Positions 42,409-52,282 of a DNA stretch of 64,000 nt are shown here, piece after piece. Location of the stretch: NCBI GenBank assembly GCA_015494585.1, contig WGAY01000064.1:16976-80975 (forward strand), in the 5' to 3' direction. Made by a program: the position numbers and the translations under genes. The notes beneath the pieces were generated by a model. It saw nothing but the letters and a program-made list of their open reading frames with translations, did not search any database and was not told the DNA's origin. The DNA is from Candidatus Omnitrophota bacterium. Lineage in GTDB: Bacteria > Omnitrophota > Gorgyraeia > S143-82. Position 1 is the first letter of the stretch, and the number at the start of each line of letters is the position of its first letter.

Positions 42409-43419
42409 ATGGGGATAAAATGGCGCGAGTTTCAGATGCCAAAGAGAATAATTACAGAAGAACATACCCCTACCTACGGCAGGTTTGTAGCCGAGCCTCT
42501 CGAGAGAGGGTATGGGGTTACCTTTGGCAATTCCCTGAGAAGGATGCTTCTCTCGTGTATAGATGGTGCAGCAGTTACCTCTGTTAAGTTTGATGGTGCC
42601 CTGCACGAGTTTTCTGCAATAGATGGAGTGCTGGAGGATGTAACCGACATAATCCTTAATATAAAACGGTTAGTCTTTAAAGCCCATGGCAGCTTTCCTA
42701 AAAAAGTCTATATAAAGAAAGAAGGACCTGGAGATGTTACGGGTGCGGATATAGTTACCGATGAGACGGTTGAGGTCGTCAATAAGGACCTGCATATTGC
42801 CACTATTACAAATAATATAGAATTTAACGTAGAAATGGAAATAGAACGCGGCAGGGGATATTTGCCTGCGGATATGAATAAGAAAAACAGACCTATAGGG
42901 ACTATAGGGGTTGATGCTATATTTACTCCTGTGCAAAAGGTGAGTTATAGGGTTGAAAACACACGTGTGGGCCAGCAAACAGATTACGATAAGTTGATAA
43001 TAGAGGTCTTTACAAATGGGGCTATCGAACCAAAAGAGGCTTTGGTATATTCCGCGACTGTTTTGCGTAAATATCTCGACATATTTTCTGAATTGGGAAC
43101 AATAGAAGAGGAAGAGGGAACGGACGATGAGACCCTCCTTTCTCCTGAGGAAAAGGAGTTGGCAGAAAAGTTGAATATGCCAATCAGTGAGCTTGAGCTT
43201 TCTGTCAGAAGCACAAATTGCCTTGCCCAGGCAAATATAAAGACTATTGGTGAGCTGGTTATGAAAGAGGAACAGGAGATGCTTTCCTATAGAAATTTTG
43301 GGAAAAAATCCCTGAATGAGATAAAAGATGTACTTGCAAAGATGGGTCTTTCTTTGGGTATGAAGGTTGATCCTCGGATTTATAAGTTGGAGACATCGGA
43401 AGAACAAGAGGAAAATTAA
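42409..43419 (+). CDS. rpoA: DNA-directed RNA polymerase subunit alpha
   Basis: 336 aa. [18 protein letters not shown]; C-terminal alpha-CTD. Confidence 0.95.
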   Translation: MGIKWREFQMPKRIITEEHTPTYGRFVAEPLERGYGVTFGNSLRRMLLSCIDGAAVTSVKFDGALHEFSAIDGVLEDVTDIILNIKRLVFKAHGSFPKKVYIKKEGPGDVTGADIVTDETVEVVNKDLHIATITNNIEFNVEMEIERGRGYLPADMNKKNRPIGTIGVDAIFTPVQKVSYRVENTRVGQQTDYDKLIIEVFTNGAIEPKEALVYSATVLRKYLDIFSELGTIEEEEGTDDETLLSPEEKELAEKLNMPISELELSVRSTNCLAQANIKTIGELVMKEEQEMLSYRNFGKKSLNEIKDVLAKMGLSLGMKVDPRIYKLETSEEQEEN

Positions 43420-43431
43420 GGAGAAAGGGAT

Positions 43432-43914
43432 ATGAGGCACAGGATTAAGTCAAATCATCTCAGTAGGAATAAAGGGGCAAGAAAGGCGGTATTGCGTCAT
43501 ACGGCTAAGGCCTTATTGTTAAATCAGCGTATAAAAACCCGTTTGAGATTAGCTAAGGAGGTACGCAAGTTAGTGGAGAGACTTATTACCTTGGGAAAGA
43601 AGAATACACTGGCTGCCCGCAGGAAGGCAAATGAGGTCTTGAACGATCGCAAGTTAGTCAAACTCCTGTTTGATGAGATTGCACCTAAATTTGAGAATAG
43701 GGCCGGGGGTTATACCCGTATATACAAATTGGCAGATATCAGAAAAGGTGACGGGTCTTCTTATTGTATATTGGAACTTACCGAGTTCTATAAGGCTCCT
43801 GTTGAGATAAAGGAAGAACGGCCCGCAGAAGTAGAGAAACGTACTGTACTGGGCGGGTTGAGGTCCTTGTTTAGAAAGAAGAGGAAAAAAGACTCTAATG
43901 AGTCAAGTGAGTGA
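43432..43914 (+). CDS. rplQ: 50S ribosomal protein L17
   Basis: 160 aa bL17 with basic C-terminal tail. Confidence 0.92.
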   Translation: MRHRIKSNHLSRNKGARKAVLRHTAKALLLNQRIKTRLRLAKEVRKLVERLITLGKKNTLAARRKANEVLNDRKLVKLLFDEIAPKFENRAGGYTRIYKLADIRKGDGSSYCILELTEFYKAPVEIKEERPAEVEKRTVLGGLRSLFRKKRKKDSNESSE

Positions 43915-43927
43915 GAGGTGAGATGTT

Positions 43928-44140
43928 ATGAAAAAGGGAATACATCCAGATTATATGGAGTGCACAATAACCTGTGCCTGTGGGAATGTCATCCATACCC
44001 GCGCGACCAGGCCGGGTATAAGGGTGGAGATATGTTCGAATTGCCATCCATTCTTTACCGGGAAACAGAAGTTTGTTGATACGGCAGGAAGGGTGGAAAA
44101 ATTTGTAAAGAAATACGGAAAGAAATACTTAGAGAAATAG
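43928..44140 (+). CDS. rpmE: 50S ribosomal protein L31 type A (Zn-binding)
   Basis: 70 aa with CAC...CSNCH. Confidence 0.9.
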   Translation: MKKGIHPDYMECTITCACGNVIHTRATRPGIRVEICSNCHPFFTGKQKFVDTAGRVEKFVKKYGKKYLEK

Positions 44141-44269
44141 ATAGACCTGCCTGCATAGAATGTCCTGGATAGCCTGTCCCTATGGGCGATAGGGGACGAA
44201 AATCGTCATTTCTGGTCTTTGTGCATTTGGGGGACGTGTTGTATAATAAGTTGAATTAGGAGGTCTGCT

Positions 44270-45421
44270 ATGAATTTTTCTAATAGGCTTGGTATGCTCG
44301 GTACGTATCTTTTTGCTGAGATTGATAGGGCAAAGAGGGAAGCAAAGAAGGCCGGTAAAGATGTAATAGACCTTGGTATTGGGGATCCGGATATGCCGAC
44401 TCCGGATTTTATCATAGAGTCAATGTGCAAGGCGGTACGAGATCCTGTCAATCACCGCTATGCAATGGATCAAGGATTGCCTGAGTTAAGAGAAGCCATT
44501 GCCGATTGGTACTATAGGCGCCTGCGAGTAAAGCTGGATCCTGAAAAAGAGGTTCTGCCTTTGATAGGATCAAAAGAGGGGATTGCCCATCTTCCGTTTG
44601 CTGTAAATAATCCTGGAGATGTTAATCTAGTCCCAAGTCCCTGTTATCCTCCTTATAAGAACGCCAGTATATTGGCCGGTGCTCAGGTGTTTGAGTTGCC
44701 ATTACTTGAGGAGAATGGGTTTTTACCTGATCTGGGAAATATACCGACAGAGATGTTACAGAAGGCGAAATTATTGTTTTTAAATTATCCTAATAATCCC
44801 ACGTCTGCTGTTGCTGATTATGAGTTTTTTACGCGCGTCCTTGCTCTGGCAGAAAAATACGACTTTATTGTGGTACAAGATATGGCCTATTCTGAGATAG
44901 TCTATGACGGTTACAGGGCGATAAGCATCCTGGAAGTGGATAAAGAAAAGCGTCGTAGCGTGGAATTCCATTCCCTTTCTAAGACCTATAATATGACTGG
45001 CTGGAGGCTAGGATGGGTATGTGGGAATCAAGAGGTTATTTCTGCCCTGGCAAAATTCAAATCGAATATCGATTCAGGTATATTCCAGGCCATCCAGTTG
45101 GCCGGCATAACTGCACTGAAGGATGGTGATGAATTTATAGCCCGTATGCAGCAGGTATATAAAGGCCGCAGAGATGTTTTGGTTGAGGGCTTGCGTTCAA
45201 TTGGGTTTGATGTTTCTTCTCCCAAAGCTACCTTTTATGTATGGATGCGCATTGGTGGCAGTTCTATAGATTTTGCAAAGCGAGTTTTGGAGGAAGCACA
45301 TATTATATGTACTCCAGGGATTGGTTTTGGTAAGAGTGGGGAGGGATATGTACGTTTCGCCCTCACCCTTGGAGAAGAAAGATTGGAGGAGGCAGTAGAT
45401 CGTCTGAGGAAAATAGTATGA
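44270..45421 (+). CDS. dapL: LL-diaminopimelate aminotransferase (DapL-type class I aminotransferase)
   Basis: 383 aa. N-terminal FSNRLGMLGTYLFAEID, GIGDPD and PLP-lysine SLSKTYNMTGWRLGW, characteristic of DapL. Confidence 0.75.
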   Translation: MNFSNRLGMLGTYLFAEIDRAKREAKKAGKDVIDLGIGDPDMPTPDFIIESMCKAVRDPVNHRYAMDQGLPELREAIADWYYRRLRVKLDPEKEVLPLIGSKEGIAHLPFAVNNPGDVNLVPSPCYPPYKNASILAGAQVFELPLLEENGFLPDLGNIPTEMLQKAKLLFLNYPNNPTSAVADYEFFTRVLALAEKYDFIVVQDMAYSEIVYDGYRAISILEVDKEKRRSVEFHSLSKTYNMTGWRLGWVCGNQEVISALAKFKSNIDSGIFQAIQLAGITALKDGDEFIARMQQVYKGRRDVLVEGLRSIGFDVSSPKATFYVWMRIGGSSIDFAKRVLEEAHIICTPGIGFGKSGEGYVRFALTLGEERLEEAVDRLRKIV

Positions 45422-46347
45422 TCGGAGATAGGTTGTATCATTTTGGTTGTGTTTTGATTTTCTTTGTTCTGTTAGTGGTTGGACTGACATTAAGAGGGCT
45501 TGCTAAGGATGTCAATATGGATTTTGACGACAACCTTGTAGAGCAGACGATAAAAGATTTTAGTGTAAGTGGTATTAATGATTCTGCAAAGACCCGCTGG
45601 GATATGCATGGCGATACAGCGCGCATAAAGGATAATCTCCTTGAAGTGGACAATGTCAAGGTCACGGGATTTTCTGATGGGGTGCGTGTAGATGTGGTTT
45701 CTGAAAAGGGATATTATAATAGAGATAAGGGGGTGGTTCTTCTATCCAAGGATGTTAAAGCGGTTTCTTCTACGGGTGCGAAGTTGGTTACTGATACAGC
45801 TGTCTGGGATACAAAAAAGAATACCTTGGAGACTGATGATAGGGTTACAATTACTCAGGATGATAAGGGTGCTGTTTTGAAGGGTAAAGGGGGCCATGTT
45901 GAGCTGGATAAAAATGTGGCTGTCATTCGTTCCGATGTAGAGGCTCAGATGTACAGGTCTTCTGCCAAAGAGATGGGGTTACCGGTTGGAGGAGAAAGTA
46001 AGGAGAAAAAACGGCATAAGACGATTATTCGTTGTAAAGGTCCTCTAGAGGTGAGATATAGGGATAAAATAGCTGTGTTTAATAATAATGTTGTTGTCGA
46101 GGACGAAGAAGCCAAGATATATGCTGACAAATTGACGGTTTATTTCAATAACGATGATAATCGCATCTCTAAGATTATAGGGGAAGGCAATGTGCGCATT
46201 GTGAAAGGCGATAACGTAACCGAGAGTGAAAAGGCTATCTATGATGTAGAGAATGAATCCTTGACAATGGTGGGCGAACCCAAGGTACTTTTCTACTCCG
46301 GAGAGGAGATAGGCAGTGCATCTTTTAAGGACCGAAAATTTAATTAA
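45418..46347 (+). CDS. LptC/LptA-like fusion: N-terminal membrane anchor plus extended OstA-like beta-jellyroll periplasmic region (LPS transport)
   Basis: 309 aa. One N-terminal TM helix; the repetitive beta-strand-rich region is about twice LptC length. Immediately upstream of lptB, as in the lptC-lptA-lptB order. Confidence 0.55.
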   Translation: MIGDRLYHFGCVLIFFVLLVVGLTLRGLAKDVNMDFDDNLVEQTIKDFSVSGINDSAKTRWDMHGDTARIKDNLLEVDNVKVTGFSDGVRVDVVSEKGYYNRDKGVVLLSKDVKAVSSTGAKLVTDTAVWDTKKNTLETDDRVTITQDDKGAVLKGKGGHVELDKNVAVIRSDVEAQMYRSSAKEMGLPVGGESKEKKRHKTIIRCKGPLEVRYRDKIAVFNNNVVVEDEEAKIYADKLTVYFNNDDNRISKIIGEGNVRIVKGDNVTESEKAIYDVENESLTMVGEPKVLFYSGEEIGSASFKDRKFN

Positions 46348-47038
46348 GGTCTATAGCGGCAGGCGGGTGGTTAATGAGGTAAACATTGAGATACGCAGGG
46401 GAGAGATTGTCGGCCTTCTTGGACCAAATGGTGCAGGGAAAACCACCACCTTTTATATGGTGGTAGGGATTGTAAGACCTGATCGCGGTAAGGTCCTATT
46501 CGACGATAGGGATATTACTAATTATCCTATTCATAAACGCGCAAGGTTGGGTATGGCCTATTTGCCTCAGGAGTCTTCAGTGTTTAAAAATCTTACCGTA
46601 GAGGAAAATGTCTTGGCCATATTGGAGACATTGAATATACCTAGAAAAGAAAGATATAGAAGGGCAAAGGAGGCATTGGCTGAGCTTAATCTGCTACACC
46701 TAGCAAAGAGTAAGTGTTATATGCTTTCGGGTGGGGAGAGGCGCAGGCTTGAGATTACTCGGGCCCTTTTGACTAATCCGATGTTTTTATTATTGGATGA
46801 GCCTTTTTCAGGTATTGATCCCATTGTTGTCTATGAGGCCCAACAGATTATTTTGGGGCTCAAAAGGCGTGGGCTGGGAATCCTACTTACCGACCACAAT
46901 GTCAGAGAGACCCTTTCTATTACTGATAGGGCCTATCTCATCGCCGAAGGTAGGATATTGTTTGAGGGCAAGCCACAGGATCTGGTCAATAACCCAGAGG
47001 CCAGGAGGATGTATTTGGGTAAGGATTTTAAGTTATAG
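46316..47038 (+). CDS. lptB: LPS export ABC transporter ATP-binding protein LptB
   Basis: Walker A GPNGAGKTT, signature LSGGERRRLEI, Walker B LLLDEP; 240 aa. The start may lie at a later in-frame codon. Confidence 0.85.
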   Translation: MHLLRTENLIKVYSGRRVVNEVNIEIRRGEIVGLLGPNGAGKTTTFYMVVGIVRPDRGKVLFDDRDITNYPIHKRARLGMAYLPQESSVFKNLTVEENVLAILETLNIPRKERYRRAKEALAELNLLHLAKSKCYMLSGGERRRLEITRALLTNPMFLLLDEPFSGIDPIVVYEAQQIILGLKRRGLGILLTDHNVRETLSITDRAYLIAEGRILFEGKPQDLVNNPEARRMYLGKDFKL

Positions 47039-47056
47039 TGGAAAGGAAGGGATAGG

Positions 47057-47890
47057 ATGAGCCGTGTGCGCCAAAGTGTGGTTGCGGGCAAGTTTTATCC
47101 CGCCAGTGTCTCTGCCCTGACCGAGTGGATTAAGTCTCAGGTCAGAGGATCTGTGTCCCAATTAGTAGTTGCTGCAATAGCCCCGCATGCGGGTTATGTA
47201 TTTTCAGGAGACCTTGCTGTTAAGACGCTCTCTGGAATCGGTCCGAAAGATGTCTTTGTATTGCTTGGGCCAAATCATACTGGACTTGGAAATACTGTAG
47301 CTCTGTCTGGATCAGATACATGGCAGACACCGTTTGGTGATATCAAGGTCGATGTGGATCTAAGAGAGGAGATGCTTTCTATCAATGGAATCACTATAGA
47401 CGATATTGCACACCTATATGAGCATTCCCTTGAGGTCTTTTTGCCTATGTTGAAGTTTCTCTATCCTTCAGCTAGAATATTGCCCGTGACTATAAAGGGC
47501 GATAGGGAAAAGGATTTTTTTATAACATTAGGCAAATCCCTTTTTCCGTTGTATAATAAATACAAAAAGAAGGTGGCATGGATTGTAAGTTCTGATATGA
47601 ATCACTATGAAAATCAGAAAGTTACGCTATTTAAAGACAAACTTGCTATAGATAAAATCCTAAATCTTGATTATCAGGGCCTCTGGGAAGAGGTTGAAAA
47701 GCATAAGATTTCAATGTGTGGTATACACCCTGCTATGGTCTTACTTTCTATGTTAGAGGAAGATGGGGATAACATAGAAGTAGATCTAGTTGGCCATAAG
47801 ACCAGTGGTGATGTGCTGGGCGATTATGAACAGGTGGTAGGTTATATGGGATGTTTATTTCTGCATAAAGGGGCAAAGGAGGGGTTATGA
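47057..47890 (+). CDS. MEMO1-family protein (AmmeMemoRadiSam system protein B-like)
   Basis: 277 aa. N-terminal RQSVVAGKFYPAS and APHAGYVFSG motifs typical of the Memo/AMMECR1-associated family. Confidence 0.7.
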   Translation: MSRVRQSVVAGKFYPASVSALTEWIKSQVRGSVSQLVVAAIAPHAGYVFSGDLAVKTLSGIGPKDVFVLLGPNHTGLGNTVALSGSDTWQTPFGDIKVDVDLREEMLSINGITIDDIAHLYEHSLEVFLPMLKFLYPSARILPVTIKGDREKDFFITLGKSLFPLYNKYKKKVAWIVSSDMNHYENQKVTLFKDKLAIDKILNLDYQGLWEEVEKHKISMCGIHPAMVLLSMLEEDGDNIEVDLVGHKTSGDVLGDYEQVVGYMGCLFLHKGAKEGL

Positions 47891-48696
47891 CGAAAAGGGA
47901 AACTTTTCTGTTTAGTCTACTGACTATCTTCTTTATTGCTGCGATTGGTGCATTGGTATATTTTGTTGTTCAGTACCTTAACATAAAGGTCGAAAACTCA
48001 AAGATCCTTCAGAATATACGCCAGGTAAAGAATACCCTGGAGCTGACGAAGGAAGAGGTAAAGTCTCGCGATAGGAAGATAGAGGAATTGAAGGATCAGA
48101 TATCAAAGTTTAAGAATAAGGTTATTTCCTTAAAGAAAGAGATTACAGGGCTTGAGAAAGAGAAGCAAGAATTAATAGAGGATATGGATGCACTAAAGGA
48201 AAAATTTTCAGATGTGGATGCTGCTCTCGAGGAAAAGAGTAATCAGATATGGCGTCTCAAAAAGGAACTTATGCGTACCCGTGGCCGTTTGTTTGCTGTT
48301 GAGGAGTATCTTCAGGGTCTAATGAAGGCAAAAAGCTCACCTGTTGTTACTGGAAGGCAGGGCTCCCCTTCGGCCTCTACGGGTTCAACTAGTTCTGAAG
48401 AACAGGTTTCTTTGGGCAAGATTGTGGTTGCTTCCGGACAGGGGACATCTGATGCCGCAGGTGCTGCTGTGTCTGCCAGGGTCTTATCAATTAATACCAA
48501 GTATGGATTTGCCATATTTGCCATGGATAAATCTGTCCAACCGCATGTCGGATGGCATGTCAGGGTTGAGCTTAGTGATGGGAAAAGCTTTGTAGGGGTA
48601 ATAGATACAGTTAGGCGAAATATGGTTACTATGGATATACCTAAGAATATAGATATAGCAATTGGAGATAGAGTTCAAATCGTAGTGTTGAATTAA
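47887..48696 (+). CDS. Hypothetical membrane-anchored coiled-coil protein with C-terminal beta-rich domain
   Basis: N-terminal TM helix, about 130-aa heptad-rich region (KEEVKSRDRKIEELKDQISKFKNKVISLKKEITGLEKEKQELIED...), Ser/Thr/Gly linker, about 100-aa C-terminal beta domain. Confidence 0.45.
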   Translation: MTKRETFLFSLLTIFFIAAIGALVYFVVQYLNIKVENSKILQNIRQVKNTLELTKEEVKSRDRKIEELKDQISKFKNKVISLKKEITGLEKEKQELIEDMDALKEKFSDVDAALEEKSNQIWRLKKELMRTRGRLFAVEEYLQGLMKAKSSPVVTGRQGSPSASTGSTSSEEQVSLGKIVVASGQGTSDAAGAAVSARVLSINTKYGFAIFAMDKSVQPHVGWHVRVELSDGKSFVGVIDTVRRNMVTMDIPKNIDIAIGDRVQIVVLN

Positions 48697-50012
48697 TGCG
48701 TTCTTGTATAGTTGTTCCATCCGATAAGTCCATTTCACATAGGGCATTGATATTTTCGGCCATCTCTAATGGTAGGATAGAGATAGAGAATCTCCTTTTT
48801 GCGGAAGATTGTCTGTCAACAGCCGATGTATTATCTAGGTTGGGAATTTCTATTTCTCTTTCTAAAAAGTTGCGTAGGGCAGTTGTTATTGGTAAGGGAA
48901 AGTTTGGTTTTACAATGCCTAGGGAAACACTCTTTGCTGGCAATTCTGGAACGACTATGCGGATTATGACGGGCCTTTTGGCAGGTCAGGCGTTTGATTC
49001 TGTTATTGATGGGGATGCATCCCTCAGAAGACGTCCTATGCTCAGGGTGATAAGCCCGCTGCTTGAAATGGGGGCTAGGATTCGTGGACGTGTAGCCAGG
49101 ATTAAAGGGAGAAGGGATGTCTTTGCCCCCCTTGAGATAGAGGGTAGCCGACTGATTGGTAGGCGGATTGTCTCTAATGTTGCCAGTGCCCAAGTAAAGA
49201 CTGCGGTTATCCTAGCTGGATTGTGTGCGGAAGGCCGAACATATTACAGAGAGCCTATCTTATCTCGAGATCATACCGAACGTTTACTTAAGGACTTTGG
49301 AATACATTTGATCCGTCGTAAGGGGTGGATTATTGTAGACGGCGGCAGAAATCTTATCTCCCCAGGAAGGATATTTGTTCCTGGGGATATATCTTCTGCA
49401 GCCTTTTTTATGGGTTATGCGGCTATAAGTCCCTCTACAGAAGTGGTAATAAAGAGGGTGGGAATAAATCCGTCGCGTCTGGGCGTCGTCCGTGTATTTA
49501 AGAGGATGGGTGTTAAAATAACATTTTTAAATAAAGTAAATTCTCCTGAACCTTACGCCGATATTGTGGTAAAATCATCTAATTTGAAGGCTGTACAGGT
49601 AAAGGCCGAAGAGATACCATCTTTGATAGATGAGGTTCCTATTATTGCGGTTGTTGCTGCATTTGCCAAGGGCAAGACGCAGATAGAGGGAGTAGATGAG
49701 CTAAGGGTAAAGGAAAGCGATAGGCTTTATGCACTTGCCTATAACCTTGGCAAATTTGGCATTCGGGTCGATATAAAACAGAGAAAGACGCGTACGGACT
49801 TGATTATCCATGGCGGAAGAGGGTTTTCAAGACCTAAAGGAATGGTAAAGTCTTTCTCTGACCACAGGATTGCAATGAGTATGGCGGTATTGCTCGCTAG
49901 ATTAGGGTTGCCCATTGAGAAGTTAGATAATAGAGATTGTACGGCAATCTCGTATCCTGAATTTTGGGACACGCTGGAAGCGGTAACTAAAGGAGTGGAT
50001 TATGAATTTTAG
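48696..50012 (+). CDS. aroA: 3-phosphoshikimate 1-carboxyvinyltransferase (EPSP synthase)
   Basis: 438 aa. VPSDKSISHRALIFSA N-terminal motif; LFAGNSGTTMR. Confidence 0.8.
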   Translation: MRSCIVVPSDKSISHRALIFSAISNGRIEIENLLFAEDCLSTADVLSRLGISISLSKKLRRAVVIGKGKFGFTMPRETLFAGNSGTTMRIMTGLLAGQAFDSVIDGDASLRRRPMLRVISPLLEMGARIRGRVARIKGRRDVFAPLEIEGSRLIGRRIVSNVASAQVKTAVILAGLCAEGRTYYREPILSRDHTERLLKDFGIHLIRRKGWIIVDGGRNLISPGRIFVPGDISSAAFFMGYAAISPSTEVVIKRVGINPSRLGVVRVFKRMGVKITFLNKVNSPEPYADIVVKSSNLKAVQVKAEEIPSLIDEVPIIAVVAAFAKGKTQIEGVDELRVKESDRLYALAYNLGKFGIRVDIKQRKTRTDLIIHGGRGFSRPKGMVKSFSDHRIAMSMAVLLARLGLPIEKLDNRDCTAISYPEFWDTLEAVTKGVDYEF

Positions 50013-51063
50013 GCACCTCCTGCACAGAATAATGGGCAAGTTGGGGGGGATCTTCGCAACGGATATAGGGATAGATCTTGGTACTGCCAATACCCTGGTT
50101 TACGTAAGGGGTGACGGAATAGTCCTGTGCGAGCCATCGGTAGTTGCTGTTTCCAAAGATACCCATGAGGTGCTTAAGGTCGGTGCAGAGGCAAAGGATA
50201 TGCTAGGTCGTACGCCTGGTAATATTATGGCAATAAGGCCCTTGAAGGAAGGGGTTATTGCAGATTTCGACGCTACAGAGGCCATGCTTAGACGGTTTAT
50301 TGAGAAGGCCAATCCGAGAAAGTATCTGGCTAGTCCGAGGGTGGTAGTGGCCATCCCTTCTGGCATTACAGAGGTTGAAAAGCGCGCGGTTAAAGAATCT
50401 GCTCAACGGGCTGGAGCAAGGGAGGTGTTTTTGATAGAGGAACCAATGGCAGCGGCTATTGGTGTTGGTTTGCCTATTGCAGATCCCTCTGGGAACATGA
50501 TTATAGACATAGGTGGTGGGACGACAGAGATAGCGGTTATTTCTCTTTCCGGTATAGTCTATTCTACTTCGATAAAGATGGGTGGTGATAAATGGGATGT
50601 GGCGATACTGGAGCATGTAAAAAAGACCTATAATCTGCTTATTGGTGAGCGCACGGCCGAGATGATAAAGATAAAAATAGGTTCTGCCTATCCGGTGGAT
50701 AAAGAGACGACACTTGATATACGAGGCAGGGATATGGTAACTGGTCTGCCAAAGACAGTAACGATATCTTCGGAAGAGATAAGGGAGGCATTAAAGGACC
50801 ATGTACACAAGATTATAGACGCCGTGCGCCTGGCCCTTGAAAAGACTCCTCCTGAGTTGTCTGCCGACCTTATCGATAAAGGAATTGTGCTTGCAGGTGG
50901 AGGGGCCTTGCTCAAAGGTATAGACCGATTGATTGCCGAGGAAACCGGATTGCCTGTTATTATTGCTGACGATCCCATTACCGCTGTTGCTGTTGGTACG
51001 GGCAAGGTTTTAGAAGAAGAGGAGTTTCTGTGGAGGGTTACCGTTCCTGTGCGCTATGAATAG
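50002..51063 (+). CDS. mreB: Rod shape-determining protein MreB
   Basis: IGIDLGTANTLVYVRG, DIGGGTTEIAVISL. The true start may be the internal Met at about 50032. Confidence 0.9.
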   Translation: MNFRHLLHRIMGKLGGIFATDIGIDLGTANTLVYVRGDGIVLCEPSVVAVSKDTHEVLKVGAEAKDMLGRTPGNIMAIRPLKEGVIADFDATEAMLRRFIEKANPRKYLASPRVVVAIPSGITEVEKRAVKESAQRAGAREVFLIEEPMAAAIGVGLPIADPSGNMIIDIGGGTTEIAVISLSGIVYSTSIKMGGDKWDVAILEHVKKTYNLLIGERTAEMIKIKIGSAYPVDKETTLDIRGRDMVTGLPKTVTISSEEIREALKDHVHKIIDAVRLALEKTPPELSADLIDKGIVLAGGGALLKGIDRLIAEETGLPVIIADDPITAVAVGTGKVLEEEEFLWRVTVPVRYE

Positions 51064-51967
51064 TTTTTGTCCGGATCCAATGCAATTGGTCGGTAATACT
51101 CCTGTTGTGCATCTTAAAAAAGATGTGTTCATTCATCTATTCCCTGAACTGAAGTTTATAGAAAGGGCACCCTTTGAGATATACGCTAAGCTAGAGAAAT
51201 ACAATCCCCTTGGCAGTGTAAAGGATAGGCCCGTTTTATATATGATGAAAGACTTGATTGATAAAGGGGAATTGCACCCTGGTATGTCTGTGGTTGAGCC
51301 TACTTCTGGGAATACCGGTATTGCTATTGCCTGGATGTCTTCTCTGCTTGGCCTAAAGGCGGTAATCGTAATGCCTGAGTCTATGTCTGAGCAGCGAAAA
51401 AGGATACTGCGGCTCCTCGGTGCAGAGCTTATTTTGACAAAGGCCAACCTTGGTATGCAAGGGGCTATAGAGGAGGCAGCTCGGCTGCTTGAAAGGGATG
51501 ACGATGCTGTCACACTTGGCCAATTCACCAATCCCCTCAACTCTCTTGCCCATTATAAGACCACTGGGCCTGAGATATGGTCTCAATTGGGAGGTGAGGT
51601 TGCAGTGGTGGTAGCTGGAATAGGGACGGGAGGGACCATTTCAGGGACGGGCAGATTCCTTAAAGAGAAGGATGAGAAGATAAGGGTTATTGGCGTAGAG
51701 CCCAGCAGCTTTCCGCATCGTATACAGGGTATAGGGGCGGGTTTTGTGCCAGAAATATTAGATAAATCGGTAATAGATGATATTGTTAAGGTAGATGATA
51801 CCTATGTCCTGGAGATCTTTGAGATATTCCCTAAGATTTCTGGTTTGTTGGTTGGCCTTTCTTCCTGTGCTGTGTTGGTGGGATTGCGTAACTTCTTATT
51901 GGATAACAGGGCTATTGTGGGCAATATCCTGCTGATTTTTCCTGATACAGGCGAACGATATTTATGA
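51056..51967 (+). CDS. Cysteine synthase-family PLP enzyme (CysK/CysM-like), inserted between mreB and mreC
   Basis: PLP-lysine motif NPLGSVKDRP, GIGTGGTISG glycine loop, TSGNTG. Compared with canonical CysK there is an N-terminal insertion and a shortened C-terminus. Confidence 0.7.
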   Translation: MNSFCPDPMQLVGNTPVVHLKKDVFIHLFPELKFIERAPFEIYAKLEKYNPLGSVKDRPVLYMMKDLIDKGELHPGMSVVEPTSGNTGIAIAWMSSLLGLKAVIVMPESMSEQRKRILRLLGAELILTKANLGMQGAIEEAARLLERDDDAVTLGQFTNPLNSLAHYKTTGPEIWSQLGGEVAVVVAGIGTGGTISGTGRFLKEKDEKIRVIGVEPSSFPHRIQGIGAGFVPEILDKSVIDDIVKVDDTYVLEIFEIFPKISGLLVGLSSCAVLVGLRNFLLDNRAIVGNILLIFPDTGERYL

Positions 51968-52282
51968 ATTTATAAACTAAAAGCTCAAAACGCAAAACTA
52001 AAAACACAACTCAAAGCTCAAAACTATTTTTTAACATGGGATACAAAGAAAGCGGAGTTAAGGGAGGCAAAATCGGAGTGCAAGAATTGGCAGCTCAGCT
52101 GACGATGAAGAGAAGAGAAAGAAAGGATAAAATAAAGAGATTTAAATTTTAAGCTGTGGATTTGACTTTTGAGATTTTAGATTTGAGTTATATTTGGATA
52201 AGAAAAGAGATGGTTGATTAAACAAGCGATGGAAGATAAAGGATTCTAACGTATAATTCGGAATAAATTATTAGGTTAAATA

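Noticed and set aside
42670-43440. 256-aa ORF on the - strand
   Set aside because: Fully antisense to rpoA, which has unambiguous conserved alpha-subunit motifs. No RBS and a low-complexity, Leu/Phe/Ile-rich translation.
46797-47060. 87-aa ORF in the +3 frame at the lptB/Memo junction
   Set aside because: Overlaps the lptB C-terminus, which has a conserved ABC signature in its own frame. No RBS.
52036-52152. 38-aa ATG-initiated small ORF as a bona fide protein gene
   Set aside because: No Shine-Dalgarno precedes the ATG. Only the internal GTG has an SD, and a basic peptide with no conservation evidence cannot be called a CDS, so I kept it as a finding rather than a feature.
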